In this document: positions 60,470 through 64,000 of the stretch, one piece after another | Position numbering within the stretch: the first letter of the stretch is position 1 | How the letters are laid out: each line of letters opens with the position of its first letter | NCBI RefSeq assembly: GCF_006345805.1 | Contig: NW_021836000.1 | Span: 186,001 to 250,000 of the forward strand | Source of the DNA: Octopus sinensis | Lineage: Eukaryota | Reading direction: 5' to 3' | DNA: 64,000 bases | Made by a program: the position numbers and the translations under genes | The notes under the pieces: generated by a model | Told to the model about the DNA's origin: nothing | The model's database searches: none | What the model saw: the letters and a program-made list of their open reading frames with translations, nothing else

Positions 60470-62602
60470 CATAGGTTTTCACGAGAAATTTCTCGCGGCG
60501 CAAATGCTAATAAAAAATAATCTCGCGGCACATAATCAAAAATCAAAACATAATTATCAAATTCCAAATTCAAAATTTATTATTTTTACATAATTTTTCT
60601 ATGTCTGGCTCAATATTTGATAAGGCCAGTCGCATTTCTGAATCTAAATCCAGTAGATTTTCTCGCTTATTTGTTTTAATGTTTTGTAATGCAGAAAATC
60701 CCTTTTCACACAAATAAGTTGTTGCAAATTGTAGAATGATCCGCATTGCTTTATCTGTTATTTTTGGAAATCTAGAACGAATTTTGATCCAAAATTCGCC
60801 AATATTTAATTCCGTATGTGATAATTTTAAGGTACGATCATTAAATAGTTCAATAAGCTCCATATTTTCGAACAATGATAACTCATTACTATGACTAACC
60901 AAAAATGGATTCCGTATCTAAAACTAATTATTTAAAATAAATACCCAATCATATTTTTCAATGTCTATGTCTGGAAAATAATTATTGACTTTTTGTTCCA
61001 ATGATGTCAAATGCTCATATATAAGACTTTGTATTATGGTACCGTCAGAATCTAAATTGGCTTTATAAATTAGAATGCGAAACCATTAGTCTTAGGAAAC
61101 ATGCTAAAATCCCCACTTAATACTAGTCTTCTCCAATATGTAATATTCATTTTTAAAGCATTTAACTTGTCCGTACAACTCAAAATTGTCTCATTATTTC
61201 CTTGCATGCTTAGATTCACATCATTCAATATCGAAAATATGTCCGTTAGATATGCTAATTTTAATTTCCAATTCGAATTGCTGATCAATTCATGAAATTG
61301 ATAGCATTGTTCTCTCGTGAAAAATTCAGCTATCGTGTCCTTTAATTCATACACTCTGGCCAGTGCCCTTCCCCGTGATAACCATCGTATTTCGGTATGT
61401 AACAATAAATTTTTATAACTTGCTCCCATTTCATCGCATAAAGAATTAAAAATTCTAGAATTTTTAGATCGAGTTTTTATATAATTGATCATTTTTATGA
61501 CATCATCCATAACTGATTTTAAAGCAGACGGAAGAGTTTTCGAAACCAATACTTCACGATGTAAAAAACAATGTGTTGAAAGTATTTGATCATTCTGTGC
61601 TTTTAGTAAAGAAACCTGAATTTAATCATATAATAAAACAATATACAAGTCCATTAAGTCTTCCAGACATAGATGGTGCCCCATCTGTGCATACACCAAC
61701 ACAATTTTTAAAGGAAATATTATGTTGATTAAAATAATCAAATATCAAATTGTACATATCAATTGCACGAGTAGTAGTAACTAATGCCTTGCAGAAAAGA
61801 AATTGTTCAATAATACTTTCTGACTTTTCAGTACGAATATAAATAAGCAGCTGTGCAATTCCTGCTACGTCAGTTGATTCGTCAATTTGCAATGAATATA
61901 AATTGTTTTTCATTATAGATACCACTTTTTCTTCAATATCAAACGACATTGTACTAATTCTTCGACAAATAGTATTGTCAGAAAAGGGAATTTTCAATAA
62001 TTTTTTTTCAAATTCCACGCCAAACATTGTTCGGACTATTAATTTGCATGCTGGAAGGATAAGATTTTCGGCAATTGTATGAGGTTTCATTTTCTTGGCA
62101 ATCAATTCCGATACTAGATAAGAGCACTTTACTGCATCTTCTGATTTTCCAAATGATTTTGAAAATGATTTTTTACTTACTCTAAATATGTATATATATA
62201 ATTATTAACACTACCTATGTTTTTTGCTTAATTCTTTAAAATAATCAATTGAATAATCTTTATATTCCGGGTGCTTAGATAAAAAATGTCTACGAAGTTT
62301 AGATGGAACCATTGATTCATTCGACAACACCTCCATGCAAATCAGGCACTGTGGTAAACTATTTCCAGTGCCACAACAGTCAAAACCCATAGATAAAAAA
62401 GATGATTTGTAATGACGAATACTCCGATGCACAGACATAACAAATAGCAACGTGATTATAATTTATTATAATTGTTTCATTATAAATAATTTTTAAGTTA
62501 AAAATTAAACAAAAAATAAGTAAATATAGATCTTCACGCGGCACATTTTTTATCGTCCCGCGGCACAAAAATGTGCCGCGGCGCAGTGTTTGAAAACCTC
62601 TG
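60470..62602 (-). mobile_element. hAT/Buster DNA transposon, full length, apparently intact
   Basis: TIRs CA(T/G)AGGTTTTCA; perfect TSD GTCTAAAC (60462-60469 / 62603-62610). Confidence 0.95.
60570..62438 (-). CDS. Buster-type transposase (ZBED5/SCAND3-like), 584 aa, four introns
   Basis: Exons 62438-62215, 62181-61647, 61615-61084, 61060-60945 and 60917-60570 total 1755 nt with no internal stop. BED finger, LQIDESTD, VCTDGA, HCFLHRE, IRWLSRG, YLCEKGFS. Confidence 0.9.
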
Positions 62603-62741
62603 GTCTAAACTATTAACATTTGAGTTATCGCTAATTTCATTATTTGGATTTTCTCACACTTTCTATTGCTTAGTTAAAACCTCTCAGTGGTAATGACTGG
62701 GTGTGTCAATTAGAATGCAAATCTGCTTGGTTTGTCTAAAT

Positions 62742-63899
62742 CAGTGGTTCTTAACCTTTTTTAAGTCAGCGCCCCCTTTTGACACAATTTCGAAGCTTCA
62801 AAATTTCAGCGCCCCCCTATTATTTAATTTATTTTTTTTCAATTATAGATTTATTTGGCAATTTTTTCGCCAATTGTTTCATTTTAATATTTTCGAATAT
62901 TACTTATTATTTTTTTAGAATTAAAAAGGGTATTCACAAACCAAACTTTTTTATATAAAAAAATTTTAGTGACTGCCTTGTGCTTGATGGGAATTTGTCA
63001 ATCGTTTTATGTCAGCTTCAATAGTCGACAGACTTAGTCTCAAATCTCCTCTATTCACAATTTGTAATTTATTTCTTTTTTTGGTCAAAATATTAGAGAC
63101 TGCACTAAATCCTCTTTCAACTAGATATGTTGAAGGAAATGCTATTATAAGTGTTTCAATTTCATTCCACAATAAAGGATATTTTTTTCTATGAGTAACC
63201 CAGAATTGTTGATATCCATATTTGTTGAAAATGACTTTAGCTTCAAAGTCATATTTCAGATTTAATAAATTTTCTGTTATTTCTTGAGATAAATTAACGT
63301 TTTCAGTTTCAAATGGATTTATATACCAATCAAAAAATTTTAAATTTTCTAAATCTTCAAAGCGGATTTTCATGTCATCTTTTAACATTTTTAGATGCAA
63401 GCAAAAGCATTCACAGTCAGAATCCGTTAATTTTTCGACCTAATAAATATTATTACAAAAAATAACCCCAAATTTTTAGATTTGGAAAATTAATAAAAAT
63501 CTTTTTCTTAATATTGTTTTCATAAAGTTGTAATTTTTCAATAAAAGGCATAATAATTCCTTTTACATTTATTAAATTGATATTGTTTCCTTGCAAGCTA
63601 ATATTTACTTGGTTGATTTTATAAAAAATATCAGCTAGATAAGCTATATCAGCTTTCAATAAAATCAACTTACTAAAATGATTAAGGAATAATTACCTAA
63701 AAATTCTCTGCTCATGTAACTGACAAAATTCGTACACACAAGACAATTTGAATTTAGAATTAATAGAAAAGCACGTGATAATGATTTACAAAAACTAATA
63801 AAATATTTATAATAATTAAAAAAAATTAAAATTCCAGCGCCCCCCTAATATGTTCCAGCGCCCCCAGGGGGGCGCCAGCGCCCCCGTTAAGAATCACTG
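62742..63899 (-). mobile_element. hAT/Buster non-autonomous element (3' part of transposase only)
   Basis: TIRs CAGTG(G/A)TTCTTAAC, perfect TSD GTCTAAAT (62734-62741 / 63900-63907), GCGCCCCC subterminal repeats. Motifs IAYLADIF and FPSTYLVERGFS..GDLRLSL; intron-like segment ~63440-63466. Confidence 0.93.
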
Positions 63900-64000
63900 G
63901 TCTAAATGGACAAAGTTTTTTGAATAATGGAATGTGTAATAACTATTAAGCAACAACGATTATGTAATAGAATTTTAATATAAATAGAATGGACGAATCA

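Noticed and set aside
1-64000. Stop-codon reassignment suggested by in-frame TAG/TGA at conserved positions
   Set aside because: These occur only in decayed elements. Intact RFC5, SSR1 and the Buster transposase have no internal stops and end in TAA, TAG or TGA.
1-64000. CRISPR array or prokaryotic operon structure
   Set aside because: No repeat-spacer arrays. The context is eukaryotic; the only bacterial-like sequence is the decayed 31900-32870 relic.

Overview
AT-rich eukaryotic nuclear DNA from a lineage with very short spliceosomal introns (mostly 21-36 nt, many with GTT donors) and the standard genetic code. A reduced metazoan parasite of the myxozoan/dicyemid/orthonectid type is an inference only. 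The window is mostly transposon sequence: five pogo/Tigger families, several hAT elements (Buster/SPIN-like, including one Buster whose transposase is intact after splicing), Merlin (IS1016-like) copies and a MITE, Ginger2/TDD-like TGT..ACA elements, and CRE, RTE and APE-type non-LTR fragments. Host genes are a head-to-head SSR1/RFC5 pair (both intact after splicing), PGM3 (two homopolymer frameshifts), an IQCC-like gene and several hypothetical genes. Gene relics include cathepsin L, ICMT, an ArgRS C-terminus, a proteasome beta-like segment, a GALC-like segment and a tRNA-Pro-like sequence. Main highlights: (1) a decayed, intronless bacterial-type ilvE + DAHP-synthase (class I-beta) fragment, a probable HGT relic; (2) a Ginger-type MITE with a 5-bp TSD carrying a ~310-bp TTAGGG/TCAGGG telomere-like array; (3) DNA transposases of four superfamilies carrying 1-5 host-type tiny introns; (4) Merlin ends abutting an inverted copy of their own tip across a 5-nt spacer. 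All protein assignments are by manual translation and remembered motifs, not database searches.
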